NCBI GenBank assembly: GCA_043228905.1 | Contig: JBHGNT010000007.1 | Location: forward strand, 1,798,001 to 1,862,000 | Source: Azolla caroliniana | Lineage: Eukaryota > Plantae > Polypodiophyta | DNA: 64,000 bases | Direction of reading: 5' to 3' | Shown here: in pieces, positions 49,491 through 62,300 of the stretch | Layout: each line of letters starts with the position of its first letter | Numbering within the stretch: the first letter of the stretch is position 1 | Notes under the pieces: model-generated | The model's database searches: none | What the model was told of the DNA's origin: nothing | What the model saw: only the letters and a program-made list of their open reading frames with translations | Program-made: the position numbers and the translations under genes

Positions 49491-52188
49491 TCTACAGACC
49501 GATGACCGCAAATTCCTCTCGATGTGGATAAGCCCGCAATCTGGCCACGTGTGTGTGCCACACTCTTGTAGGCACACAACTCATGTTTGACTTCACGCAA
49601 TGCCCATGCTGCCATGTTCATCCTTGTGTGCTTCACAACTAGGGTCATCCCTTTCCCCATTATGCCCTTGACTTCTCCCTCTCCTTTGCAATCATGAGTT
49701 TTATGTTGCTTTTGTTTCAATATTCGTAGTAAAATATGAGAGTTTTCGCTTAGCTCGTAGCATCTTGTGTCATAAGCCAAACAAAAGTTGGTGACCATGG
49801 ATAAAATATGTCTCTCAATTGACCTTCATTCACACCCATATGTTATATTGGTCTATAATTCTCCAATATGTATTCCGTGCAATTCTACTTAAAAGGAACC
49901 ATTGACTAATTCATCTTTGAAACTTGAGTGCCTAGAACAGTCATTGTCCTTTCTATTGTACCCCTCTTTCTAAGGATGATTGTGAAATCTAGTGTCGTTT
50001 TTCATCACATTGAAATGCAAAACATAAAGATGGTCGTCATAAAAATATAAAGAGTGCTCACCAAATTATTGCATTGGTGTAGAGGGCATCTTTCTAAATC
50101 GTGCTTGAGCTTATAATTTCATCTTCTCATTCGTCCACCTCATCTTTTCATAGGTAAGCTATGGAGGCACACAACATAGCTACCAAAATTGACCTTTATC
50201 AAACAATTAGAGGGATTTGTCGACGTGCATTGAGTAAAAGAGATACAAACAAAACTTGACCAAGAAAATTTGAGTCTTTGAATATGGTGCTCCAAATAAA
50301 ACTAAAATTTCTGGTAGTGGTGGTATAAAATTGGTTATATCATGAAAGATCATTAATTGAGAGAGATCATTAACTACAAAGCACATAAGGCTGCAAAGTA
50401 AATATATGATATGCGCATACCTTAGAAATTTGTACTCACAAAAGGGGGGCCACTAGAATACGAAAGGATCTCATAGCACATAGAGTGAAGATAAAAAATC
50501 AAGATGGAGGGACACTTTGGTGACACAACACCCGCTTTTCTACCATGTTGACATTAACAATACGTCATAACCAACAATAAGTTTCTAGTATTATAAGGCA
50601 AAAAGTAATAGAAATAAAAACTAAGATTTCATTAATTAGACTCGAGAGAGAAAAAGAGAAAGGTATATATGCATCGTGTGAATATAGCTCACACTCTTAA
50701 GTTCAGGAATTTCTTTCGACAACCAAGTGGTAGGTGACATTCTTGATGCAAATGACAAGCTTTTTGCAAGTGAGCTTTTGACCAAGATTCACGAGGTTTG
50801 GAATAATTGTTTTTCCTCTCAATGACCTAAGCATGCCCCATCTATGATTATGTATGACCTTCCATGATCCGTCTATGGAACATCCAAACACACAAATTAC
50901 ATTTACATGACTAGGTATCCTTACATTCAATCATTATATTGTTGCAAATTGAATCACATGCTATTTTCATGCGAGATCCTTACATGAATGTTCTCCCATT
51001 AGAGTCCATGGAACCTAGTGTTAGCATAAACTCATCATTGTCAATATCATTCGCAAAAACCAAGATAACTTTATCATTAACATGGATTGAACCATTAACA
51101 AAAACCATCATTCGCAAAAACCTTAACCATTAACATTATCTTTATCATTAAAAATACCATTAACATAAACCATCATTATAATACCACTAACATAAAACCA
51201 TAATAATAAACATAAAGCTCTTGATGTAACTTGTGCATTTGGTTCGAGGACCCTTCGCATCAAGATGGATTAAGCCAACATGGATGATTTATCATTCACA
51301 ATCATGTGCTCATCTTTTGGATTGCTCATTATGAGAACAATGAACAACAATGTAGCTCTAAGAGAGAGAGAGAGAGAGAGAGATTATATTATTGTCTTCG
51401 GAGGTCAAACATGATCTATATGAGACCAAAAATATTACATTTCACATGATACATGTGAAAGTGAGTAGCGACTCTCGATGTTCAAGAACTTTACCAATGA
51501 ATGTTGCAATCGAGAGTGCACATTGTGGTTGTGAGAGAAATTTGTGCAAGGATTGGGCTTTGTCAGAGAGAGAGAGAGAGACCCAATGAACAATGTGGAT
51601 CTAGAACAATTGATAAATAAAGAGGATCCACTTTGAAAGTACCCTTGTTTTTATCAATGTTCCATATCATTCCACAATAGGCTAAGCATCCCTTATGACT
51701 CACAAAACCCAACCTTGACATTGGTTTATCCAAGATGAAACTCACCATAAACAAAAATATTAAGGTTCATTCTTTCGAAATCTAGAGATATAATATTTTC
51801 ATTGGTTAATGACGAGGTACTTCTCATCTTCTTAGTGTCCAACCCTACTCGTGAGACTATGAAGTTTGAATATAACAAAGTTCTTTTTGGGATGTGCAAA
51901 AAGTTATCATAGAAATTTTGCAATATAAAAAATGGGTGTTTTTATGTTATTCAAGGGATTGAATTATATATTAGCACGACACGAGGTCAACTTTAATTGC
52001 AACATGACATGTATCATCTCTACTCTCCTAAATAGTTTGTACCCAGCCATTCTAACATTCAATATACTACCATTGTTAAGTTGTAGGTCATATTTATTCC
52101 TTTTTAGGATCAATATGTTATGTGCCATTACACTTTGTGCATCATTAGTACATAATGTCCAACAATGAGATAATTAGGAGGCAAATCA

Positions 52189-52623
52189 CTAGGAGTCTTC
52201 AAGATGGGAAAGGATGGTAGAAGCCTTTTGGTGGAGGATGGAGGCACCAACAAGCTTTTCTTGGAGGTCGGCATGAAGACGTTTGAGGCTATCAGAGTAT
52301 TTCTTGTCAATATCTCCGATCGTGTCCCGGATGAGACGCAATGCACGTGTTGCGCGCTCCTGAGATGCACGCTCTTTATCTCGAGCCTCATGTAAAGCGG
52401 TAGTGAGCGTAGAAATGTGGTGTTCTAACGACACTACTTGTTCTAGCTTATTTTGGTCAGTTGAATTAGGACTTACTCGCTCCAACTCTTGGAGTTCGGC
52501 CTTTAGTGTTGCCTCGGCTTTTGCGCATTGCTCTCGTAGATCCTCTACCTCCTCTTGGGCCTTCCCTAACGATTCCGTAAGAATCCTCCCCAAAGCCCTT
52601 CGCAATCGTTCCATCCTCTCCAT
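52189..52623 (-). CDS. Unrecognised single-exon coiled-coil protein, copy 1 (144 aa)
   Basis: ATG-to-stop ORF, heptad-like and E/K/R/L-rich. It is clearly paralogous to 55608-55988. TATAAAA lies ~55 nt upstream. Confidence 0.7.
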   Translation of the reverse strand: MERMERLRRALGRILTESLGKAQEEVEDLREQCAKAEATLKAELQELERVSPNSTDQNKLEQVVSLEHHISTLTTALHEARDKERASQERATRALRLIRDTIGDIDKKYSDSLKRLHADLQEKLVGASILHQKASTILSHLEDS

Positions 52624-53191
52624 TCACCTTTCTCTTGTCTCTCTATAATTAACCACCTCTTCTCCTCCGTTGCTTCTTTTATACCTCTTTTTTAGCCTAT
52701 GGCCTAATGTGAACCTATTCCCTTCTCTTTGAAGTTTGTAGACATTGTAATCAAACTTTAAGGTTATCCTTATTACCTTGTCCTCCTCCTAAAGTTATCC
52801 TTTTAAAACTTCATGACTTCATATCAATTTGAAGTTATATCCTTAGCTTTATACTACCTCTTGTTGTATAGATGCTTGCCTTAATTGATCAAAAGCCTAT
52901 GTTATTTCGCAGAATCTGGAGTTCAAGGCAAAGAGGGAATTGCTAATTCTTGTATAACAAAACATTCCAAGATTGCACAACAAGAACGTTGGGTCAGATT
53001 GTGGAAAAATCCTACAAGATTTCATTGCGATGTAAATCTGGATTCCGATGGCCGAAGCTCACTCAAATCAAGATGTCGGTGCTCGATAACATGTTGTGAT
53101 TCCAAGAATGCCTTAGACCATCATACATCTCTTTCAGCCCTTCCAAATCCCCATTTAGGGTTTCCATCATCAAAATGATGGTGGTACAATA

Positions 53192-53223
<32 letters not shown>

Positions 53224-53469
53224 CATGAGCTATCAACAAGATGATTGAGTTCAAATCTTACCACTTTCCAGACACCTTGACTGGCACCACTATGTTCTTT
53301 GCGAATTTCAGATCCCATTCATGATTTAGTGTGGATATCCCAATGGGATAGGTAAAGCCTTTATGCAAAAGAATGGGCATGGCCACTTTGATAGTTAGTA
53401 TTGCTAAGCTTATCTATGGCCAAGAATGACACACATACCTCGCTAACCTTCACTGAACCACCTTCCCGG

Positions 53470-53915
53470 GATATCAAGGTCTAGCTAGTACCTAGCAAGA
53501 TGACAAAGTGTTCTTGCATCATATTTGACTATAGGCAATTGGGTCATTTTCACATTGTGGATCAAATTAATGGGGTTGCCCTCCAACTTGACTTCCCCAT
53601 GCACTTTCGGATCTATGATGTATTCCACACAATGTTTGAGGTGCCTTACATAGAGTCTACTAGTTCTATTTCCCAACTAGAGGGGCCTCCCTTGCTAGAA
53701 CTTGAGAATGACAAGTTCAAGGTAGAATAATTCCAAGATTTGAAGAGGTTAAGATGTCAAACGACAATATCTAGTCTTGTGGAAGGGATATTGATTGTCT
53801 AAACCGACTTGGGAACTAACCAAACATCTAAATTGTGCAAATTAGGATGTGATACGAGAGTTTTACCTCAATACAAACCATTGCTTCTACAAGTCGCCAC
53901 TAAAGGATGAGATGA
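53470..53915 (+). mobile_element. Degenerate chromovirus 3' end (integrase GPF region, chromodomain, PPT)
   Basis: FDYRQLGHFHIVDQINGVALQLDFP...VFH...PPLLELE aligns by eye to LDYRRLGPFRITGKINDVTFRLDLP...VFH...PPLELD of the intact pol. A purine tract at 53902-53915 is followed by TGTT. Confidence 0.75.
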
Positions 53916-54090
53916 TGTTATGGTCATCAAGGCATTGGTGGATTAAACGTTTGTGTGAGTGTGTAGCTTGAGGTCATATTGTGTTGTAAAATTTATTGAG
54001 AGGTTTGATCCACTCGTGCTTATTTTCATTCACTCCTCACCATTCTCGCCCAATTAGATAATCCTAAACCTCATTCCAATATGCGCACCA

Positions 54091-54092
<2 letters not shown>

Positions 54093-54158
<66 letters not shown>
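54093..54158. repeat. (GA)n microsatellite
   Basis: Seen directly in the sequence. Confidence 0.95.
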
Positions 54159-54159
<1 letters not shown>

Positions 54160-55607
54160 AACTAGCCCACCATGAAGGAACTAAGCCCAGGAACGTTGTG
54201 CTCCTAGTAAAACTATGCTTCCTAGTGGTGAGGCTTCTATCATGTGCGATCTATAACTAGAAATCACGTACGATTGCAACATCAAATTTAAGATATGATT
54301 GTCTAGTTTTTAAGGCGCCAAGAGGGTGAAATTATGTTGTGTAACATAGCTCACAATCTAATAAGATGGAGAATTGGTTTTGATGAGACAAGTGGTATGT
54401 CAAGCATCTTGATTCAAGAGGTGAGCTTTTAAGATTTTGCTTTCTTCTCTCAATGTCTCATGCATGCTCTAGTGTCCATGAGTATGCACAATGGTTCATC
54501 CATGGCCCATTTTTTACATGAGCATGACATCCAGAAATTATAATCACGACCGTCTATACCTTGACCATTATAATTGTGATTTCACTTAATCATTCAATTA
54601 ACGTTAGGTATCCTTTACATGATGCATTCTCATTGGAGTTCACATAGCAATATCTTTAACATAAATTCATCATTGCAATATCTTTAACAAAACCATCAAC
54701 ATTGTTATAGCATTCGAGATATGTATTGTACAACTAGGAATGTCGTGTGCTTCCACATGATGTGATTCAATGCCGTGAAATTGTTTCAAGAATTGGTTTT
54801 AAAGTTTTACAAAAGACATTGATCATGTAATTTGTTGTACATGCCATTTAGAAGAGAGTGTTGGCATGGAATTAGCTTTACTACCAATTTTAATACGTTA
54901 CATGAGCTTATTAAATATTAGTGGAGCTTATATGGATGAAAATGTTTGGTTAGAATATCCCAATTGAAGTTTCATGAAGCACGAATTTTTTTTGCATTAA
55001 CACCAATTTTTCTAGTTGGTCTCAAAAAGGAACAAAGTGAATCGAGGAAGTTTATTTCTAGATTTCTAAATTGAATAGCGAAAAATAATTATTTTTTAAA
55101 ACAACTCAAAGAAGAGATCATTCAATTGTGCCCTTCTTTCAAGACCCAACAAACCAAAATTTATTTACAAGCAAGGTTGGATCATCAACAATGAAACTCA
55201 ACATAACTAGAAATTTATGCGCACCCTTTGTAAGTTTAGACATATCATGTTTGCAATTATTGACAAACAAATATAATGAAACTTAAGATAAATAGATATT
55301 ATATAATGAAACTCAAGATAAGTAGATATCCATCCTTCATAAATCTAGACACATCATATTTTAATCTTGTTAGATGCCATTTGCAATCATTAGGTAGATT
55401 TCACAAATAATGGAGCCAACCCAAAGATGAGCAAAGTCATCATAGAAATCTTACGCTTTCGTGTTCAATATGTATATTGCCCTTTTTAATTAGTAGGTCA
55501 TACTTATTCATTTTAGACAACAGTTATATCCATGTGTGGAAATACACTTTGTTGGTGCGTCATTAGTACATAATGTCCACAATGACATCATTGTAAGACA
55601 TAATTCA

Positions 55608-55988
55608 CTAGGTGTGTCCAAGATGGTCAAGAATGGTAGAAGCCTCTTGGTGGAGGAGGGAGGCACCAACTACCTTTTCGTGGAAGTTTGCATGAAGCCG
55701 CTCAAGGCTCTCCTTACTTTTCTTTTTTATATCTTGGAGTGTGTCTCGAACGAGACCCAAAATTTGTTTTCCATGCTCTTGTGCAACACGGTCCCCCTCT
55801 TGGGCCTCTTGTAACGCAATAGTGAGCATAGATACGTGGTCTTTCAAGGACTCTTGGTTTAGCCTTATCACTTTGATCTCTTCGGCCTTCGCCTTAGCTT
55901 CTGCGCATCGCGTACGTAGATCCTCCGCCTCTTGTTGCACCTTCTGCAACCTCTTCCTCATGGTCTCAATTCCTTCCATTCTCTCCAT
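55608..55988 (-). CDS. Unrecognised single-exon coiled-coil protein, copy 2 (126 aa)
   Basis: Starts MERME like copy 1 and shares EDLR..CA.A.A and SL.RLHA...EK.VGAS.LHQ.ASTIL.HL. Confidence 0.7.
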   Translation of the reverse strand: MERMEGIETMRKRLQKVQQEAEDLRTRCAEAKAKAEEIKVIRLNQESLKDHVSMLTIALQEAQEGDRVAQEHGKQILGLVRDTLQDIKKKSKESLERLHANFHEKVVGASLLHQEASTILDHLGHT

Positions 55989-58200
55989 TCCTTATCCAAA
56001 TCAATCTGTCCTTGCCCCTCTCCCTTCTCTTATTCCTTTTTAACTATCTTTAGACTAAGAGGTGTAACATAAAGTTATCCTTCTCTTTGAAGTTTGATGA
56101 CCTTATCTATTTTTAAGTTATCCTTGGCTTGATAATAACTTTGTCTATGTATATGCTTTTCTTGTTCACCATTGGATAAGAGCCTACGTTATTTCATTTT
56201 GACAATCAGAACGTAGAGTTGAAGCAAAGGCAGAGAGCTAAATCTCATATAACTGAGATTTTAAGATTCCACATAGAGGATCATGAAATTCTGAGAGAAT
56301 CCTCTGAGATCCCATACCAAGATTTCAGACTGATGTAATTCTGAGATTTCAATGATGACCAGAGCTCATTCAAATTCAGATTCTCGTTATTGCCAGCACA
56401 CACATTGCTATCCCTTGAATCACTAATCCAGATTCCAAGAATGTTCTTGCATGGCTAAAGTTCCGTATGTATGGGATTTCCATGATTCTGATGCTATTTA
56501 TAGTATAGCATCTGAGGTGCAATTTCATACATTATAAATCTGCACAATATTTCATTGCAGACATTGAATTGCCATAAATATTTAGACTTCCATTTAAATT
56601 TTCAAACACTGTTTTCTAACTCTTAAATACATACACACATCCAAAAGTTAATGCAGAAAAATACTCTTTATGTAAACCAAAATAATTCTATGAAGTGAAA
56701 TCTACATATTATATGGTAGAGACGGCAAAGTGAACTAAGCAAAATCCTTATACACAATGCTTGGAACGTTGAAATTCTACTAATATAAGGTAGAACTAGG
56801 ACAAAAAGCAAAAGGATACGGACAAACCTAACAGCTAAAACTGTTTTTAATGCATTGAATAAAAATGGCCCCACGTAAACCACAAGGCGATACATACGCT
56901 TCCAATAAGTTTGTATGGTCAACATTCCTTTGGCCTTGGATGAGTTGAAATCTTTTTATTTAATTGTCATCATCCTTCTAGCAATTGGACCAGCCCTTTT
57001 CTGATTAAATCCCTGCAAACTGTTTTTTCCTGCCAAGAGAGCATTGATTACTGATTTAACATGATCGTACCCACAACGCTCTGTCCAACTAGCTTCAACA
57101 AAACCAAATTGTTGTTTCCTGATCTCTCTTGGCTGAAGGGCAGCTGCAGCAGCATTACCTCACTGGCTATGATGACATCCAATTCACCTGTTATATAATC
57201 TGTCTTTCTTTCTCTCTCTCCCTCTCTCTCTCCCTCCCTCTCTTTTGGTGAAAAACAATTATATTAATAAATGTGTGAAAAACACTACAATGGGTGTCAC
57301 AATGGAATATGGTCACCCACTAACTACATAGGTAGTGGAACATGTTGAATTGCCAATAGGCAAGACAAACACTCCACTGAGGAAAGAGCTTTAATTTGCT
57401 CCAATAAAGAAAATTGCCACTTTAGTCTCTCTCTCTTTTTGTAAATGTATACCTGTTATTAAAACAAGATCATAATACAACCCCTGCTATCTCCACTACT
57501 TCATTAGTAGCCATATGGCAAGGAAAAGCCTCTCAAGTGTTGTAATACTAGATGAAATAACTCTACCTCTCTCTCTCTCTCATATAGATATAGAGAAGAT
57601 ATACTCTTATTTATTTATTCCAAGTGTTGTTTAGACTGCAGTTGAAGAGAGGATCAATCAAGTGTTAAGACAGCCTATAATATGTTAGAAATACCCAGCA
57701 CAACCCACATTAAAGCGGAGCTTGACGAAGAGCATGCTGTCTAGTGCACAAGGTTAAAATCTTCAACACTCAAAGAGTAAAGGATGAGTGTTGAAGCCAG
57801 TGCTCTGATGTGTCATGTTGGTGCAGGGAAGACTACCATGTATATTCATCTAGATATGCACATGTTATAAGGTGTACTTTGGGTACTTCATGGAGTTTCA
57901 AACACAGAACCTCCTGATATCAAGCGCAATCAGTTGGTCACTTGGCCACTCACTCTTTATGTCTAATATACCCAAATTATAAATAGATCAATTACTTTTA
58001 AGGAAAAAAGAGCCAAAACACCCATGGCAAGGTCTTTTGAAATCAATGGGCATTATATTGTTAGGGCCGATAGTAATTTGATTAGAAGCACTAACCTATA
58101 GCGGAGCTTTCATTCTCCATTTTCATACAGAAGCAGACGCAAGCCATACATGAAGGGAATATTGAAATGGTATGTAATATAAATTTTATAAAATTAACAG

Positions 58201-58540
58201 AGAATGAAAACAAAGTAATAGAGAAATCTTCAACAAGAAAGCAAGATGTGGAGTATTCCAAGGTCATGTGCTGCCATCTTGTAAAAATAAAATAAAATAT
58301 CGGGAAACTTCTCCCACATCACAACAAAAACACACTACAGCTGAAGCTACAATCACATATTGCCTGTTTATCCTACAACACTGACACAAGAATGAAAACA
58401 CAGTAATAAAGGTATCTTCAACAAGAAAGCATGACGTAGAGTATTCCTAGGTCATATGCTGTCAACTTAAAAAAATAAAACAAAATTTAGAAAAACTTCT
58501 CCAACATCACAACAAAAATACTACAGCTGAAGCCACAATA
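58201..58540. repeat. Diverged direct repeat, period ~188 bp
   Basis: AGAATGAAAACA...TCTTCAACAAGAAAGCA...ACTACAGCTGAAGC at 58201 and 58389. Confidence 0.85.
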
Positions 58541-59356
58541 CCAAGATCACATCACATGTAGCAAAGGCCCTGTTTAATAGAGAACATAAATGTGGCATCG
58601 CCTTTGAGGCAGAAATATGAATGCTTGATACTCTCTGAAGCACTATTTTCAAGGAATGGAAATCTATAATAGGCCACAACATTCTGAAGAAATATGAATG
58701 TTTGGTACTCAATGCTCATTCCAAAGCATTATTTTCACCACATGGAAATCTATACTCGATAAGCTTTTAGAACTACCTGCAAACTACTTAAATGGCCTCT
58801 TCTATTTTGCCAAAATTACAGATTTTAGAATAGTATTTACCTTCAGCTTCTCTGTTGGCGCTGGTGCACGATTTGAAACAGGAAGACTGAGTAGAAGGAT
58901 GTTCATTCATAGATCAAATAAGCGGATTATAGGAGATAAGAACATTGATCATTACCAGCTGGCACCATTAGCAGTATGATTTCATCATGATAATCCAGTT
59001 CCCTGTAAAGCTCAAACATCCAGTGCAAAATAGTCATCAAGATTTGGAATACCACAAAACATTTACCCAAATGTTTTCTTCTGATCCAGGTTAGTTGAAC
59101 ATACCCTGCTTTCTCTATAAAGCATCAAGGGATGCTAAAAGACAGCTTTAAACCATTAGCATCCTATTGCTGAGGAACATCAGTGCCTTAAGACCGTCTA
59201 TATTGGAATTTGGAATTGATCCTTTAACTAATCCATGAACAAGCCTAAACAAATCAATATTAGCAATCTTTTCTACCCGATAAATAGGTTGATGATAACT
59301 GTGCACCACAAAAGGGAAGAAGAATTTTTACCAGCATCAGAGAAGAATTCCATTAT

Positions 59357-62300
59357 TTAAGAACCGCTTAAGAAATATACAACCATGCTCCCTGCAAAAG
59401 TATCATTCTCATGGACTGTTAACAATGAGTGATCAGCAATTACTTAGAAAATGAAAAACCATCAACTCGTACCTTCTGTCTGTACAAGGACTGCATTCAC
59501 AGAAAGAGCAGAAAGCGAACATATTCGATCAGCTGTAAACACTGTTTGAATCACTGATGCAGAAACAAATTGGAACTCAGAAAAACTAACATGCATGAGC
59601 ATATCACAAAGTCCTGCAGCAGTTCAACTCTACAGAGGCATAGTCTTTACAACAATAAGTACATGGATATAGGTTCACGAAAAATATGATTCAGGCTCAC
59701 CTAATAATTCAATACAGCATATATTATATATTATATACTATGAGTTTAAAAACATCAAGAGTAAATTATATCAGTTAATTGATGTTTTAAATTGTCAAAA
59801 TAGATATAGGATGAAAAGAGCAGAAAGTAGTAACAGGAAAAACATGGTTTTCCATGTATATGAATAGGAGGCTAGAACTTCTCAGGATAATGATAGTGAT
59901 AAAAATATAACTAAGGAAATGATAACACATATCATCATGATGATCATTACTTATGTAGTTTTCAAATGTAATTGAACCAGTTATGAGGATTCAATGAGGC
60001 TGTGGCATTGATCACGATAATCATTAATTCCTCTGGATTTCATATAGAACCGGTTCAATGCATCACAGTTCAGCATTCAATATCTTTTTTCATTTACAAA
60101 TGTAAGGATGCACCAGTAAAGGCCTGAGCTAGAAGATGTATGACTCCATAAGAACAAATAGTGCAAAAAGGCCAAAGCTGGAAGCAAGCGCACGTCTAGG
60201 ATGTCTTTAAAACTCATACAAATGTCTTCATCCAAGCAATTTTCTCCCAGCATTTTTTAGGTTGAGATATCTTCAAGCACTCATGACCATTTTTCTTTAA
60301 TAGTATTGGATAAGATAAAAAGTCAAACATCAAAGGAACAGCATCAGTTGCACAATCACACCGGGAGATGGATATGTCAAGCATGCTGTAATATACTATA
60401 TTGTAAGCAAAACCTCAAACCATACCCACCTACCACATACTCTTATTCCTTGCCAAACTCTCCCTAACCCACTATTGTGTAAATTTTATCTTATTTTAAT
60501 CTTCCCTTAATCTTTTCTTTAAATCATGTGCAGATACTCATTTATTTAGATACCCTTAATCTTCCCTTGATCCTTACTTTTAAGTCATGTGCAGATACTA
60601 CTGTCCTTTGCTTAGAAAATCATAACATTTCCAGATATTTCCAATATTATCAATTTGTAAAAATCAAATAACCTGTTGGATTGCTTCTTAGCTGTAGAAG
60701 ATTATCTTCTGACACTCCTTTAGATGTTTCTCGTGTTGGTAACAGTATAACATATATGGTGTGACTTCCATCTGAAACCCAAAGTGCTCTTGATGCTGTA
60801 GTCCAGATTCATCCATTTTGGTCAGGAATCAGATAAAAGTATAGAATAACAATACTATATTGCTACATTCATGAAATAGTTACAGAATGTCATGATAGAT
60901 CTAAAATAACTCTAGTCTAAAGTGCATAACCTGTTAATGAAACAAGGTAGCTATTGCTACAATCCTGAAAGGCACCATCATTAATGGGTGGAAAAGTGGA
61001 AAAACAATCCTTTAATAATACCTTGATGAAACCAGACACTTATGCATATCCAGAACGAAACTAATATCATTCCTTAAAAGGATAGGTGCAAAAATGACTT
61101 AGAAGGCATTTATTTCCGATATTAAAAAACTGTTTCACATATACCCACCCCAAAGAAATAAAATTGAGGAAAAAAACAAGTGAGAGACTTTAAATAACGT
61201 CTTAATGTATTAATTTCATTTCTTTCTTACAAAAACCTATTCAAAAAATACTTCACAGTTAAATACCAAATTTGACGAAAAAACTAACTATGTTTCTTAG
61301 TTGGCAATTCCCTATAGTAAAATGTGTGGATAGCATCTTAATCTACAAACAGAATTCCTTCTTTACAACATACACATTAGGCATAGAACAAGCCTACAGG
61401 TCAAGATCATACCAGGCGTGAGAGAATTCTCAGCAGTTGATACTACAGACGTAGCAGCTACCATCTTTATTTTCATAACACATGGCAGGGGTTGCATAAA
61501 GGCATTTAGTGGAGCTGGAGGAATTTGTTGTTGGAGCATCATTCTCTCACCACCATGATGGGAGTATTGCAAAACCAGTATATGCAACTTCCCTTGGGAA
61601 TCCAATATCAAATATTCTTTCCCTGAAAGACTACATATACTGACCACTTGTTCTGACATTTTCATCGGAATGATTTGGTTGTGGAAAGGAACAAAAAGTC
61701 CTTCCTGTACTCCCTTCGTAAATTCATCTTTCTGAAAGGTACAAGCTGTTTCCACATTAGAGAATATAGAGGAAGTTGAGCTATGGCAAGAAGAAGACTG
61801 AGCAACAGCTCTGTGAGTAGTGCAGCAGAAAACTGGAGCCGATGATGATGCATTCGAAGAAGAAGAAAATACTGAAGATTGTGAAGTTCTTGGCTGGCTA
61901 TTTGGTTCCTCCTGATCAAATTCACCTTGTTCACCCCCTATAAACAGATTACCAAGACAAGTCACAAAACTTTGACCGTAAGGAATATGTATAGATCAAA
62001 ATTCACTGAATCATTTACCTTTTTGGCGATAACTTAACTTACTAGATGCATCTGCAAGCACGACCCCATTCTGTCCTGTTTGAATAGCTTCTAAATTTAG
62101 ATTAGCATTAACTGGTACTGAACCGTTTTCATTGCAATTGCATCTTTGACCTTTTATCTTCCTTTCAGTACAGTTTGATTTATCAGGAAAAGATGTAATT
62201 GTCTTCAAGTTTAAAACCATGAACCCATTCTCGAGCACATCCACATCATGCAACCCATTCTTAGGTTTAATCAAGGACAATTCTTGTCTTTTTAAAGTTT

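Noticed and set aside
50745-50830. Gypsy RT-like snippet (SFLQVSF*PRF...PLNDL)
   Set aside because: Under 30 codons and contains a stop; not supportable alone.
53962-54015. Sense-oriented A/B-box-like motif in the LTR relic after 53916
   Set aside because: The spacing is short, the boxes are degenerate and the orientation is opposite to the other cases.
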